Notes: generated by a model from the sequence alone, not told the origin. A stretch of DNA of 64,000 nt from Octopus vulgaris (GCA_951406725.2 OX597842.1:930001-994000); one strand, 5' to 3'. Shown: positions 1-14,691, numbered from the stretch's first letter. Translations and numbers: made by a program.

Positions 1-207
<207 letters not shown>

Positions 208-363
208 TATCATTCTATTCAGTGCATGTTTGCAGCATCATTTTGTCAGTTACTGTCAGAGTACCCCAGGGTATATATATAATGATAGATACCTAGCTCT
301 CACATACTGGGGTATGTATACGATTTTGGATTAAGCTTTATAACACTGACACTGGGTTGTGTC

Positions 364-399
<36 letters not shown>

Positions 400-885
400 G
401 GTAAATGTATTTCTGAAGTGTTTGTGTTCATGATTTTATCATTATATGTCTATTTATGTATACACACATGTATATATATATATACACTCATATATATACA
501 CACATAATATATGTATATGAATACTAAACTTATATATGATTATATATATATCTATATATATTTTCACACACACACACACACAAACATGTGTATATACACA
601 TTTGTACATTTATATATATATATAGGTATATACATACATATGTGTATACATACATGTCTGTGTGTATATATACACATGCTCACACAAATTTATACACGTG
701 TATATGTGAGTGCATCTATATATATATATATACATATATATTTATATATACACATCCATACATGTTTGTACATACATATATTCACACACACTCAAATATA
801 TATACACATATATATACACTTTCTCTTTCTCTCACACATTTACACACATACACACACACATATTCAGAAGCTCACACTTGCATAC

Positions 886-1066
886 CCAGATAATATTGCT
901 AAATTACAATATAAGAACATTGTCCATGTCTCCGGAGTTCCGAGGTGGATGTAGGCAGACATAGAAGCTGACAGTTATTTAATATAAGAAACACATTCAA
1001 ATATACTGGCCTATCACCTTACCATTGTCTTGGAGAGAGATTGCTGCCTGGTGATGCCATGATGTT
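886..1066 (-). CDS. Two candidate small host exons (1066-1023 and 967-886), product unknown
   Basis: Minus strand: CTAACCTAACCAG acceptor, 44 nt, G|GTAAGG donor; then TGTCAG acceptor, 82 nt, GG|GTATGC donor. Joined frame is open (TSWHHQAAISLQDNASMSAYIHLGTPETWTMFLYCNLAILSG). The intron is only 55 nt and I recognise no homologue. Confidence 0.25.
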
Positions 1067-1272
1067 CTGGTTAGGTTAGAAGGCGCGAAACACTATATAT
1101 TATATCGTAATATATTGTAGCAACATACATATATACACACACACATACATATAAACATATGTATATATATATATAAAACCACATGTAAATAAATACTGAG
1201 GTGTATGGATATGTATGTATATACATGTGCAAACTTATACACATGTGCGTGTGTGTGTGTGCGTATGAGAAT

Positions 1273-1310
<38 letters not shown>

Positions 1311-1374
1311 GTGCATGCATGTGTGTGTATGTGTGTGCATTTACACACATAGTTTATGTACTCGTATACATAAG

Positions 1375-1615
1375 TGAAGAAGAAGAGGAGGAGGAGGAGG
1401 AAGTGGAAGAGGAGGGAGGAAGAAAAGGAAGAAGAGGAAGAAGAAGAAGGGGAAGAAGAGGAGGGAGAAGAAGAGGAGGAAGGAGAAGAGGAGGAAGGAG
1501 AAGAAGAATTGGAAGAAGAAAAAGAAGAACAACAACAAGAAAAAAAGAGGAAGAAGAAAAGAGGAAGAAGACAAAAAGAGGAAGAAGAGACAAAGGAAGA
1601 AGAGGAAGGAGAAGA
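1375..1615. repeat. Purine-rich (GAA/GAG)n low-complexity tract
   Basis: Mixed GAA/GAG/AGG triplets between TA/TG microsatellites. Confidence 0.9.
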
Positions 1616-1784
1616 TACAAATATGATGAATGTGACAGTAACAAATTAAGAATTTAATTAAATTGATATATATATATACACACATATGCTTATATATATA
1701 AAGGTAATTTATACTATCAACTTTGTCTACATGGATGTCGTGTGAGTCTATATATATATATAGGTGTGTATAGATAAAATGTAG

Positions 1785-2400
1785 ACTAGCAAATGCAGCC
1801 GGCAGTACTAAGGTATGGTATCAATGCAATATAATGCTTTGATATAGATACTGCATCACACATACATCAAGAATTGGCATCTCGCTCAGACATTCCTGCA
1901 GTGAAATGCAATAATGTCCAATTCTTCATTCAAGAACATCAGAAGAAACAATATTCTTGGTTCTGCCATATGATGCTCCATCAAAGAGACAACCAAGTTT
2001 GTTCCCAACTCCTGAGATGTTCACTTTAATTCTAATGGAAAAAAAAAGAGGCATCGGAGGGGTGATGCATACCCGGTGCACACACAAGAATAAAATAAAA
2101 TTTTATTTAATAAATATATTCTCAGATGAATTCATATTTCAACAAAATGTCATCAAGAGTTATTTTCCCTGCTTATCGTTCATACATTTGTAACAAAGAA
2201 AAAAAACATTTTGATTCATCAATCCGATAGTTTTCAAGATAATCAAACTAAAACTTAATGAGTTTGAGCCACTTACCCCATGAGTATTTCTGCCAAATTT
2301 GGTGAAAATCCGTTCAGCCATTTTCCAGTTAGTTTGCAAACACACAGACAGAAATGATCGACTACAATAACCCTGCTTTGCTTACATGCTCAGGGTTAAT
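1785..2400 (+). mobile_element. Possible non-autonomous rolling-circle (Helitron/Helentron, DINE-1-like) element
   Basis: ACTAGC start, CCAAATTTGGTGAAAATCCGTTCAGCC core followed by ACACAGACAG, and a 3' hairpin AACCCTG...CAGGGTT (2369-2397). Resemblance from memory only. Confidence 0.4.
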
Positions 2401-2921
2401 CAAATCATGTGAAAAGGTAGGATCCACCAGTTTAGCCCTATAACAATCAAATTACTTTGTCAAATGTAATGCTTATGTACATATATGCACATTATTTTGA
2501 ATTACAAATACATTATTTTCACATTATCATACACGTTATTTTGTGTTACAAATGCACTATTTTCTATCTTTCAGATTTCAATAATGTGACTTTATTTTCT
2601 GGATGGCATTGTTGGGTAGGTGTAAGAGGACAGATCTGGCTGGTTTAAAACAGGAAGAATATTTGGCTTGGATATGGTTGGTTTAAGTGCTAAAGAGTTA
2701 AACCATCAAAATTCCACACTAAATTTTGCCCCAAACACCAGCTTTAATTGAAACAAGGTCAATGTATTTCAAGGGATATATGGCAACAAAAAGGTTAAAG
2801 CAATCTAAGTTAAACCATCCCATTAAAATTTCATGTTAATCTTCGTCCCAAACACTAGCTTAATAAGTAAAATTATTTTACCAAATTCTTTATTTTCAAA
2901 ATTAACTGAAACAAAAGCAAT

Positions 2922-3115
2922 GCATTATTTACATTCAATGGATATTTGTCCTCATCTAGTTTGTTGTTAACGCATTTCGGCTGATATACCCTCCAGCCTT
3001 CATAAGGTGTCTTGGGGAAATTTCAAACCTGGGTTCTCATTCCTAAGGTAATTTTCAATGTTGTTGTTGTTATTATTATTATTATTGTTATTATTACTAT
3101 TATTATTATTATTAG
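2922..3115 (-). mobile_element. Penelope-like terminal repeat fragment with degenerate hammerhead
   Basis: Same family as 46768-47024 and 47749-47903. Minus strand reads GACAC-CTTATGA-A-GGCTG...CAGCC-GAAA and is preceded by (AAT)n. Confidence 0.75.
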
Positions 3116-3349
3116 TCAAGATGAAGAGCACAATTCAATTGTAATATATTTTATAAGTTGAACGATATTTCAACAGTACGTCTGTCTTTGTCAAGTTCAA
3201 AATAAGAAGTGATAAAAATTCAAATTTACAGAAATTTAAACGTAAAGTATGAACGAGAGTAACCAGTGTCCACACGTTGATGGAATGACATCATCAGTTT
3301 TTAAGATACACAGACACACAAACATATACACACACATACATATATACAT

Positions 3350-3513
3350 ACGACGGGCTTCTTTCAGTTTCCATCTACCAAATGCACTCATAAGGCTTTG
3401 GTCGGCCCAAGGCTATAGTAGAAGACACTTGCCCAAGGTGCCATGCAGTGGGACTGAACTCAGAACCATGTGGTTAGTAAGCAAGCTACTTACCACACAG
3501 CCACTCCTGCACC
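3350..3513 (-). mobile_element. SINE family A head
   Basis: Reverse complement of the tRNA-like head (A box TGGCTGTGTGG, B box GTTCAGTCCC) seen about 20 times in the window. Confidence 0.9.
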
Positions 3514-3539
3514 TATATACAAGTTTATACTTATATACA

Positions 3540-3579
<40 letters not shown>

Positions 3580-3636
3580 TATATACAAATTTATAATTAT
3601 ATACATCTATCTATCTATATCTATATATATATATAT

Positions 3637-3680
<44 letters not shown>

Positions 3681-4765
3681 CTATAGTCATGCACATACAT
3701 ACACATATATACATAAATACAAATATATCTATATATAAATATATACACAGTCACTGGCATAAATTGTCTTCCCAACTTTTTATGTTCCAAAAAAATAATT
3801 GGAGTTTTATTTATTTAGAATAACTTATTATTATTATTATTATCATCACCATCATTATTCTTATTTTTTATTATTATTATTATTGATAGTACTTTTACTA
3901 TTATAATTATTATTATTATTATTATTATTATCATTATTATTATCATCATCATTATTATTATCATTATTATTATTCATTATCATTCTAATTATTATTATTA
4001 TTATTATTCTTATTATTACTATTGTCATTATTATTATTATCATTATTATTATTATTATTGTTATTATTATTATTATTGTCGTCAGTGTTTGTTATAATTT
4101 CATTTCAACCAATTGTTCTTTTGTTTATCTATGTTTTTTTGTAGACTCCAAAGCTTATACACACACACACGTGTGTGTGTGTATATATATACATTTATAC
4201 ATGTATGTACGTATGTATTCATATGCATGTACATACATACATTATTATTAATATTCATACATGTGTGTGTATATGTAAATATATATATATGTACACATAC
4301 ACACACATATACACACATATCTGTATGCTTTATGTGTGTGTGTGTGTATGTGTAAAACGTACAATTCTGTTTGTATGTTTTACATGTGTGCGTGTGCACA
4401 TATAAATGCATAAGTATAAACACATATCAGAACCTCTGAATTCATGCACACACACACACACATATATATATATAAAGAGAGGTGAAGAGAGGGAGAGAGG
4501 GTGGGAGAGAGGGTGAGGAAGATCTATGTATTTGAAATCAATGTATATAACCACAGTTAAGAAATTATATATATATATTTATATACACACACACACACCT
4601 GTATATTAATATATATATATACACATATATGTATGTATATATACACACACACACACACATATATATACATATATATATATATACATACATATATATATAT
4701 GCACATGTATATATATACATATATATATATATATACACATGTATATATAAATATATATATACATG

Positions 4766-4809
<44 letters not shown>

Positions 4810-4940
4810 TATACACATGTATATATAAATAAATATATACATATATATATATATATATATAAATAGAAATTTCTTTGAGCTGCTACCATAAACAACAAAA
4901 GCAACACGCACACACACACACACACACACATATATGCATG

Positions 4941-4990
<50 letters not shown>

Positions 4991-5411
4991 ACCAATAATA
5001 CACACACACACACTCACATATACACTCACACACAGACTAAGAGAAATACAGAAACCCAGATACACATCCGCACAAACAACATACACAAATTAATACTAAC
5101 GACATATAAACGAGACCTTAACCACACACATACACACTTGCCATACACATCTATACCCACATATAAATACACCCATATAAATATATTATTTTTCAATATT
5201 ATTGTCTGTCGGCTAAAAATACTCAAACCTGCGATAGAGTTTTTATCCTTTAATCAACTTGCATTGTTTGTGGTACTTTTTTCTAAGATGTCTTTCGTAT
5301 CACCGAATTATCTATATTGATTTCTTCCTATTTTGTATTTATCGCTTTAATACACTAATGCCTACATACACACACACATATATAAATACATACACACACA
5401 CATATATACAT

Positions 5412-5442
<31 letters not shown>

Positions 5443-5483
5443 CACATACACACACATATATGCACATATATACACATAAATAT

Positions 5484-5518
<35 letters not shown>

Positions 5519-5778
5519 TATATACATATATATATGTACACACACATATATACACATATATATGTACACACACATATATACACATATATATCCACACATT
5601 ATTATTATTATTATTATTTTTATTCATCATCATCTTCATTATTATCATCACTATTATCAATAATACTATTATTATTTAGTATTATTATTATCATTATTAA
5701 AATCATCATCATCATCATTATTATTATTATCACTATAATTATTATTATTATTATGGTTACTATTATTAATATTATCAG

Positions 5779-5821
<43 letters not shown>

Positions 5822-6452
5822 ATCCTTATTATTATTATCATCATCATTATTATTAATATTATTATTATTATCATCATTATTATTATTATTATTATTTTAT
5901 TATTATTTAACCTTTTTTCTGTTGTTGCGTTTGTGCGTTTGCTTTTGTATTGTTTTTTTTTCACTCTTGTCTTGCTTTCCTTCTTCCTTTTTTCCTTTTC
6001 TTTGCTTTGTTCTCCGTATTATGTGGGTTGAAAGGAGCTGTAAATCATCACTATTGTCATCATCATCATCATCATCGTTGTTCTCATCGTCATCACCATC
6101 AACAATTTCATCGTTTTATTCTTCAGCATCATCGACATCATTATCATCACATCAACACCCTCAATGTCATTATTAATTACATCATCATTATCATCATCAT
6201 CACTATTGCCATCATCATCATCCTCACCATGCCATTATTATTGTCATCATCGTCACCACCATCAGCATCATCATCATCACCATCTACCACCATCAGCAAT
6301 GATTGTCATCATCATCATCAACACCATCACCATAATCATCATGATCACCACCACCCATAAACTGATTGGTAAGATCAGCCATGATGGATATATAATAGTG
6401 TACATTTTAGATACACACACACACACATATATATATACACACACATATATAT

Positions 6453-6483
<31 letters not shown>

Positions 6484-6490
6484 CACACAC

Positions 6491-6543
<53 letters not shown>

Positions 6544-6611
6544 TATATATACACACACACACACACATATATATATATACACACACACACATATATACAC
6601 ACACACACATA

Positions 6612-7255
6612 TATACGAATTGTTTGCGTAATGAGATAAAAAAAACCCAAGACTTTATAGATATTAGAGCATTTATAGATAAAAGTTCCTACAGCTGTTT
6701 CTAGGATATTAATTAATAATATCCCTTCACAGAGGTGTGAGAGGAAAAATTAAGTCATAATTAGTTTCGATGTGATACAAAATAGAGAGTGAGGTGGAGG
6801 AAAGAAAATAGATGTAAGATATGTATGGGTATTGAATTCGTAAATCCGTTTTATAGGCACAATGGTATATATGTCTAATATTTCAATATCCTTTGAATAA
6901 AATCCAAAAGTCCTCTCTCTATCTGCTCAGTCAAAGTCGACTCTCGGTCACTCGTTGGATCAGTGTCCTCGAGTCAGTTCTATCCTGGGCCGCTTCTTTT
7001 AGACTGGCCATGTCCATTCCAGTATCACTCCTGACGGTGTCAAGCCAGCGGGTTCTTGGTCGGCCTCTTCCTCTCTTGCCACTGACCATTCCGAGCATGA
7101 AATATGCCAATCTACGCTTGGTGATCCCAGCTTCTAGGGGTGAGCCTCGCTGTCCATGGAATCCGCAACAGTCCAACAGAGTTTAATATGAGTCCATCCA
7201 AATATAGAGTTTATAAGCAATGTAAGATTCTCTTAAAGTCAGTCATTCCCGGTAT
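6612..7255 (-). mobile_element. Probable Penelope-like remnant with degenerate hammerhead at 6686-6740, interrupted by an RTE fragment
   Basis: Minus strand CTGTGAAG-GGATATTA/TAATATCC hairpin-GAAACAGCTGTA; flanked by TA/CA microsatellite. Confidence 0.45.
6910..7180 (-). mobile_element. RTE-clade LINE 3' fragment
   Basis: ORF 6931-7176 contains RRLAYF...GKRGRGRPRTRWLDTV...AAQDR, the typical RTE/BovB C-terminus. Confidence 0.85.
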
Positions 7256-7451
7256 ATATTTGTATATATACACACTGACATAGAACCAACGTTGAACCCT
7301 TCATTTGCAATATTACCGAATCTGGAACTTAACTATGGTCTGTCTATAGCACCTATTCAGCATTACCTGACACCTTTGGGTCTCAATGACACCATTATCT
7401 CTTATACAAATATATACATACATATATACACACACACACACACACACATAT

Positions 7452-7747
7452 GTTGTTTGTTCCTTCTCGAGCCACAGCTGGCTCATTGGGCAGGTTTCCC
7501 GGTTTCCTTGGGTTCCCCACCTGGACAGGACGTCGGTCCGTTGCAGGTGAGCTGCAAGATGCAGGAGGAAAGAGTGAGAGAAAGTTGTGGCAAAAGAGTC
7601 AGCAGAAGTTTGCCATTACCTTCTGCCGGAGCCGCGAGGAGCTTAGGTGTTTCACTCATAAACACACACATCATCCGGTCTGAGATTCGAACACACGATC
7701 CTTCAACCGCGAGTCTGCTGCTATAACCACTAGGCCATGTACCTCCA
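7452..7747 (-). mobile_element. SINE family C, tail type ii
   Basis: tRNA-like head TGGCCTAGTGGTTA...GTTCGAATC shared with other C copies; tail matches 59297-59607. Confidence 0.85.
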
Positions 7748-7764
7748 TAGATAAACATACATAC

Positions 7765-7814
<50 letters not shown>

Positions 7815-8086
7815 ACATAGATATAAAAACCACTCAATAGCCATGAAAAACATTATCTTAATGACTGACAAAGGTGGCGACCTCCCTACAGCAGCAGGCA
7901 TGGCCAGATCGTCAATAACTTGGCATTTCCTTTAATGCTCATCAGTGGCTCTCACTGCACCTAGGGTTAAACTCAACTCACCTTTCCATTTTATAAGATT
8001 TCCATTGAAATCACAAGCTGATTTCATAACTAATCAGGGTGGCAATCAGAATGCCTTTAGGCTGTAAAATTGCAGATAAGCCACCC

Positions 8087-8689
<603 letters not shown>

Positions 8690-8775
8690 TAAGAGAGTGG
8701 TCACTATATTGATCACTCCAGCACCAGTTACATTTTAGATACACACAGTGATTAATTATATATATATATATATAT

Positions 8776-9256
8776 ATAATCGAAATAGCAACAAGTATAT
8801 CCGAGGTACTGTGGTATCGTTTCATGCTACTTCATTTTATTAAACACTGTAAGCATTACATCAGTTTTAAAATGTCGAGCAATCTTCAGCCACCTTTAGA
8901 GATTTTCCAATCAAACGAACAATGCACATTCTTATCCCTATTTCGTATGCCAACATTATAAAGAAGGTGGCAGACGTTGGCAAACGAAATAGGGATCAGA
9001 ATGTGCATTGTTCGTTTGATTGGAAAATCTCTAAAGGTGGCTGAAGATTGCTCAACATTTTAAAACTGATGTAATGTTTACAGTGTTTAATAAAATGAAG
9101 TAGCATGAAACGATCGTACCACATTACCTCGGATATACTTGTTGCTTATTTTGATTATAAACACCCCCATTTGATTTATATGGATAATACCATACAAAAT
9201 TCTGGTGCATCTAACTTAAGTACCATATTCATTTGAATCTAAATTTTGCTGAACTT
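8776..9256 (+). mobile_element. Penelope-like truncated element with 5' inversion
   Basis: Inverted arms 8776-8954 and 8976-9158 with 21-nt spacer; hammerhead motif in each arm; unique tail homologous to 24280-24390; (TA)n on both sides. Confidence 0.7.
9037..9122 (+). ncRNA. Type I hammerhead ribozyme motif with extended stem II
   Basis: GTGG / CTGAAGA / TGCT...AGCA / GAAA / palindromic ACGATCGT / GTA cleavage triplet / CCAC. Confidence 0.7.
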
Positions 9257-9473
9257 ATATATATATGTTGGGAGGGGGGTCACACAGCAATATCTGTTTC
9301 AAGACACGAATTCAGATTAAGAATCTTGTGAAATATGAATTAGAAAAACAGCCAACAACTTTGCCATTCATCGTTTGGGGGTTGATAAATGAAATACCAG
9401 TGATATACTGGGGTCGATGTAATCAGTTCATCTCCTCCCCCACAATGGCTGCCCTTGTGGAAAAATTTGAAAC

Positions 9474-9510
<37 letters not shown>

Positions 9511-9512
<2 letters not shown>

Positions 9513-9938
9513 GGCAGCAAGTTGGCAGAGTCATTAGCACACCAGGTAAAATGTGACATTAGTGGTATTTTCTCTGTCTTTTGAGTTCAAATTCTGCTTT
9601 CACCTGTTCAGGTTCGATAAAATAAGTACCAGTTGACCACTGGGGTCAATGTAATCGATTAACCTAAAGTTTCAGGCTTTTTTCCTATAATCGAAAAAAT
9701 TATTTTTGTCATTATTATTAATATTATTTCTATTAAGGCAGTGAGCTGGCAGTGTTGGGCAAGGGGGGGTAAGTTGATTACTTTGACTCCAGAGCTTCAC
9801 TGGTAATTATTTCATTGAACCTGAAAGGATGAAAGACAAAGCTGACCTCGGCAGAATTTGAACTCAGAACATAAAGATAGATGAAATGCCGCAAAACATT
9901 TTGCCTGGAGTGCTAACGATTCTGCCAGCTCACCACCT
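9511..9938. mobile_element. Two degenerate SINE family B copies (9511-9700 plus, 9737-9938 minus)
   Basis: GAGTTCAAATTC and GATAAAATAAGTACCAG motifs shared with other B copies. Confidence 0.8.
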
Positions 9939-10348
9939 TAATAACAATGATGATGATGATAATAATAATGATAATGATAATGACAATAATAATAATAATA
10001 ATGATAATGACAATAATAATAATAATAATGATAATGACAATAATAATAATAATAATGATAATGACAATAATAATAATAATAATGATAATGACAATGATAA
10101 TAATAATAATGACAATAATAATAATAATAATGATAATGACAATAATAATAATAATAATGATAATGACAATAATAATAATGATAATGACAATAATAATAAT
10201 AATAATGATAATGACAATAATAATAATAATAATGACAATAATAATAATAATAATGATAATGACAATAATAATAATAATAATGATAATGACAATAATAATA
10301 ATAATAATGATAATGACAATGATAATAATAATGACAATAATAATAATA

Positions 10349-10421
<73 letters not shown>
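9939..10421. repeat. (AAT)n array with recurring GAT/GAC variants
   Basis: GATAATGAC(AAT)n units of about 24-27 bp. Confidence 0.95.
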
Positions 10422-10423
<2 letters not shown>

Positions 10424-10978
10424 GCCCTGATGCCGTACCAGGCAGTGGCTCTCATGGCTTCTGATCTTAACTGATTGGAAGTGTTATCATGTACATTGTT
10501 TTGTCTTGGTATAAAAGATGGGCTACAGCAAATATTCTGCTCAATACCACAGATTTGCTTTTCAGTTGTTTGACCGTAACCAGTTGAGCATGTCCCTTAG
10601 TGGCTGACGATATGTGCATCTCTGATCACGAGCAGAAGTAGTGGGGAAGCATCATAGCCATGTGTTGGGAGGAATTCTTTGGAGTTTGAATAATTCACCT
10701 ATGGAAACATGGGTGTTTCGTTCAACATCCTTAAACAAACCTTATTCAGGGACCTTTTGAGCGGGATGGGTTACTCAACCAGAAGAAAATTCAAACTGGG
10801 CCCCACCTGCAAGGTCATGCGCTGTTTATCTTTATATGAGATTACCATGTTGTGCACATATGTTTGTGATGCATGTGCCTAGTGTACCCTTATCAGACGG
10901 GTAGTCATGATGGGTATATTGGGCTTTGTATATTTTACCCCAGGGTCATTTGATGGCATGCACTGCTCCCTCACTCAA
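10424..10978 (+). mobile_element. Family D non-coding retroposon (about 555 bp), longest copy
   Basis: Homologous to five other copies in the window; (AAT)n on both sides; ends CTCACTC-(AAT)n. Confidence 0.85.
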
Positions 10979-11309
10979 TAATAATAATAATGATAATAAT
11001 AACAATAATAATGATAATCCTTTCTATTATAGGCACAAGGCCTGAAATTTGGCAGGAAGGGACTAGTTGATTACATCACCCCCAGTGTTTCACTGGGACT
11101 TTATTTATTGACCCCACAAAAGGAAGAAAGGCAATGTTGACCTCAGTGGAATTTGAACTCAGAAAGTAAGGATAGACAAAATGACACTAAGCATTTGGCC
11201 TGGCATGCTAACAATTCTGCCAGCTCACCACCTTAATAATAATAATAGTAATAATAATAATAATAATAATGATGATGATAATTTCAAATTGCTGCAGGTA
11301 CTAGATAGT

Positions 11310-11700
11310 GGAAGTGGAAGCACTCCGTCGTTTACGACAACAAAGGTTCCGGTTGATCCGAATCAACAGAACAGCCTGCTCGTGAAATTAACGTGTAAGT
11401 GGCTGAGCACTCCACAGACACGTGTACCCTTAACGTAGTTCTCGGGGATATTCAGCGTGACACAGAGAGTGACAAGGCCGGCCCTTTGAAATACAGGTAC
11501 AACAGAAACAGGAAGTAAGAGTGAGAGAAAGTTGTGGTGAAAGAGTACAGCAGGGATCACCACCATCCCCTGCTGGAGCCTTGTGGAGCTTTAGGCGTTT
11601 TCACTCAATAAACACTCACAACGCCCGGTCTGGGAATTGAAACCGCGATCCTATGACCGCGAGTCCGCTGCCCTAACCACGCAATGGCCATTGCGCCACC
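11310..11700 (-). mobile_element. SINE family C, tail type i
   Basis: tRNA-like head; TSD ACTAGATAGT at 11300-11309 and 11701-11710. Confidence 0.93.
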
Positions 11701-11746
11701 ACTAGATAGTAGTAGTAGTAATAATAATAATAATAATAATAATAAT

Positions 11747-11956
11747 CCTTTATACTATAGGCTCAAGGTGTGAAATTTTGAGGTAGAGGGTAAATTGATC
11801 ACATCGACCGCAGTACTTGACTGGTACTTAATTTATCAACACTGAAAGGATGAAAGGCAAAGTCGACCTCGGTGAAATTTGAACTCAGGACATAGCAATG
11901 GACGAAATGCTGCTAAGCTTTTTGCCTGGCGTGCTAATGATTCAGCCACCTTGCCG
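11747..11956 (-). mobile_element. SINE family B
   Basis: GGATGAAAGGCAAAGTCGACCTCGG...TTTGAACTCAG core; another copy lies at about 11020-11233. Confidence 0.85.
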
Positions 11957-11957
11957 T

Positions 11958-12080
11958 AATAATGATAATAATAATAATAATGATAATAATAATAATAATG
12001 ATAATAATAATAATAATAACAATAATAACAATAATAATAACAATAATAATAACAATAATAATAATAATAATAATTATAAA

Positions 12081-12121
<41 letters not shown>

Positions 12122-12173
12122 TAATAACAATAATAACAATAATAATAACAATAATAATAACAATAATAATAAC

Positions 12174-12253
<80 letters not shown>

Positions 12254-12293
12254 TAATAACAATAATAACAATAATAATAACAATAATAATAAC

Positions 12294-12328
<35 letters not shown>

Positions 12329-12404
12329 TAATAACAATAATAACAATAATAACAATAATAATAACAATAATAATAACAATAATAATAATAATAATAATTA
12401 TAAA

Positions 12405-12451
<47 letters not shown>

Positions 12452-12668
12452 TAATAATAACAATAATAATAATAATAATAATTATAAAAATAATAATAAT
12501 AATAATAATAATAACAATAATAACAATAATAACAATAATAATAACAATAATAATAATAATAATAATTATAAAAATAATAATAATAATAATAATAATAACA
12601 ATAATAACAATAATAACAATAATAATAACAATAATAATAACAATAATAATAATAATAATAATTATAAA

Positions 12669-12724
<56 letters not shown>

Positions 12725-12950
12725 TAATAACAATAATAATAACAATAATAATAATAATAATAATTATAAAAATAATAATAATAATAATAATAATAACAAT
12801 AATAACAATAATAACAATAATAATAACAATAATAATAATAATAATAATTATAAAAATAATAATAATAATAATAATAATAACAATAATAACAATAATAACA
12901 ATAATAATAACAATAATAATAACAATAATAATAATAATAATAATTATAAA

Positions 12951-13000
<50 letters not shown>

Positions 13001-13139
13001 TAATAACAATAATAATAATAATAATAATAATAATAATTATAAAAATAATAATAATAATAATAATAATAACAATAATAACAATAATAACAATAATAATAAC
13101 AATAATAATAACAATAATAATAATAATAATAATTATAAA

Positions 13140-13180
<41 letters not shown>

Positions 13181-13322
13181 TAATAACAATAATAATAACA
13201 ATAATAATAATAATAATAATTATAAAAATAATAATAATAATAATAATAATAACAATAATAACAATAATAACAATAATAATAACAATAATAATAACAATAA
13301 TAATAATAATAATAATTATAAA

Positions 13323-13372
<50 letters not shown>

Positions 13373-13424
13373 TAATAACAATAATAACAATAATAATAAC
13401 AATAATAATAACAATAATAATAAC

Positions 13425-13513
<89 letters not shown>

Positions 13514-13541
13514 TAATAACAATAATAACAATAATAATAAC

Positions 13542-13576
<35 letters not shown>

Positions 13577-13652
13577 TAATAACAATAATAACAATAATAA
13601 CAATAATAATAACAATAATAATAACAATAATAATAATAATAATAATTATAAA

Positions 13653-13696
<44 letters not shown>

Positions 13697-13923
13697 TAAT
13701 AACAATAATAATAACAATAATAATAATAATAATAATTATAAAAATAATAATAATAATAATAATAATAACAATAATAACAATAATAACAATAATAATAACA
13801 ATAATAATAATAATAATAATTATAAAAATAATAATAATAATAATAATAATAACAATAATAACAATAATAACAATAATAATAACAATAATAATAACAATAA
13901 TAATAATAATAATAATTATAAAA

Positions 13924-13967
<44 letters not shown>

Positions 13968-14187
13968 TAATAACAATAATAATAACAATAATAATAATAA
14001 TAATAATTATAAAAATAATAATAATAATAATAATAATAACAATAATAACAATAATAACAATAATAATAACAATAATAATAATAATAATAATTATAAAAAT
14101 AATAATAATAATAATAACAATAATAACAATAATAACAATAATAATAACAATAATAATAACAATAATAATAATAATAATAATTATAAA

Positions 14188-14231
<44 letters not shown>

Positions 14232-14374
14232 TAATAACAATAATAATAACAATAATAATAATAATAATAATTATAAAAATAATAATAATAATAATAATAA
14301 TAACAATAATAACAATAATAACAATAATAATAACAATAATAATAACAATAATAATAATAATAATAATTACTAAA

Positions 14375-14424
<50 letters not shown>

Positions 14425-14557
14425 TAATAACAATAATAATAACAATAATAATAATAATAATAATTATAAAAATAATAATAATAATAATAATAATAACAAT
14501 AATAACAATAATAATAACAATAATAATAACAATAATAATAATAATAATAATTATAAA

Positions 14558-14601
<44 letters not shown>

Positions 14602-14647
14602 TAATAACAATAATAATAACAATAATAATAATAATAATAATTATAAA

Positions 14648-14685
<38 letters not shown>
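11958..14685. repeat. 2.7-kb (AAT/AAC)n satellite with higher-order structure
   Basis: TATAAAAAT marker recurs about every 80-100 bp. Confidence 0.97.
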
Positions 14686-14688
<3 letters not shown>

Positions 14689-14691
14689 TGA

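Noticed and set aside
511-954. YIYI/HTHT-rich ORFs here and throughout the window
   Set aside because: Translations of TA/CA microsatellites, which lack stop codons by composition.
1205-1685. Glu/Arg-rich ORFs resembling acidic or protamine-like proteins
   Set aside because: Simple GAA/GAG repeat open in several frames, with no unique coding context or splice signals.
11836-14445. 670-870 aa poly-N/I/Y/L ORFs
   Set aside because: Products of the AAT satellite.
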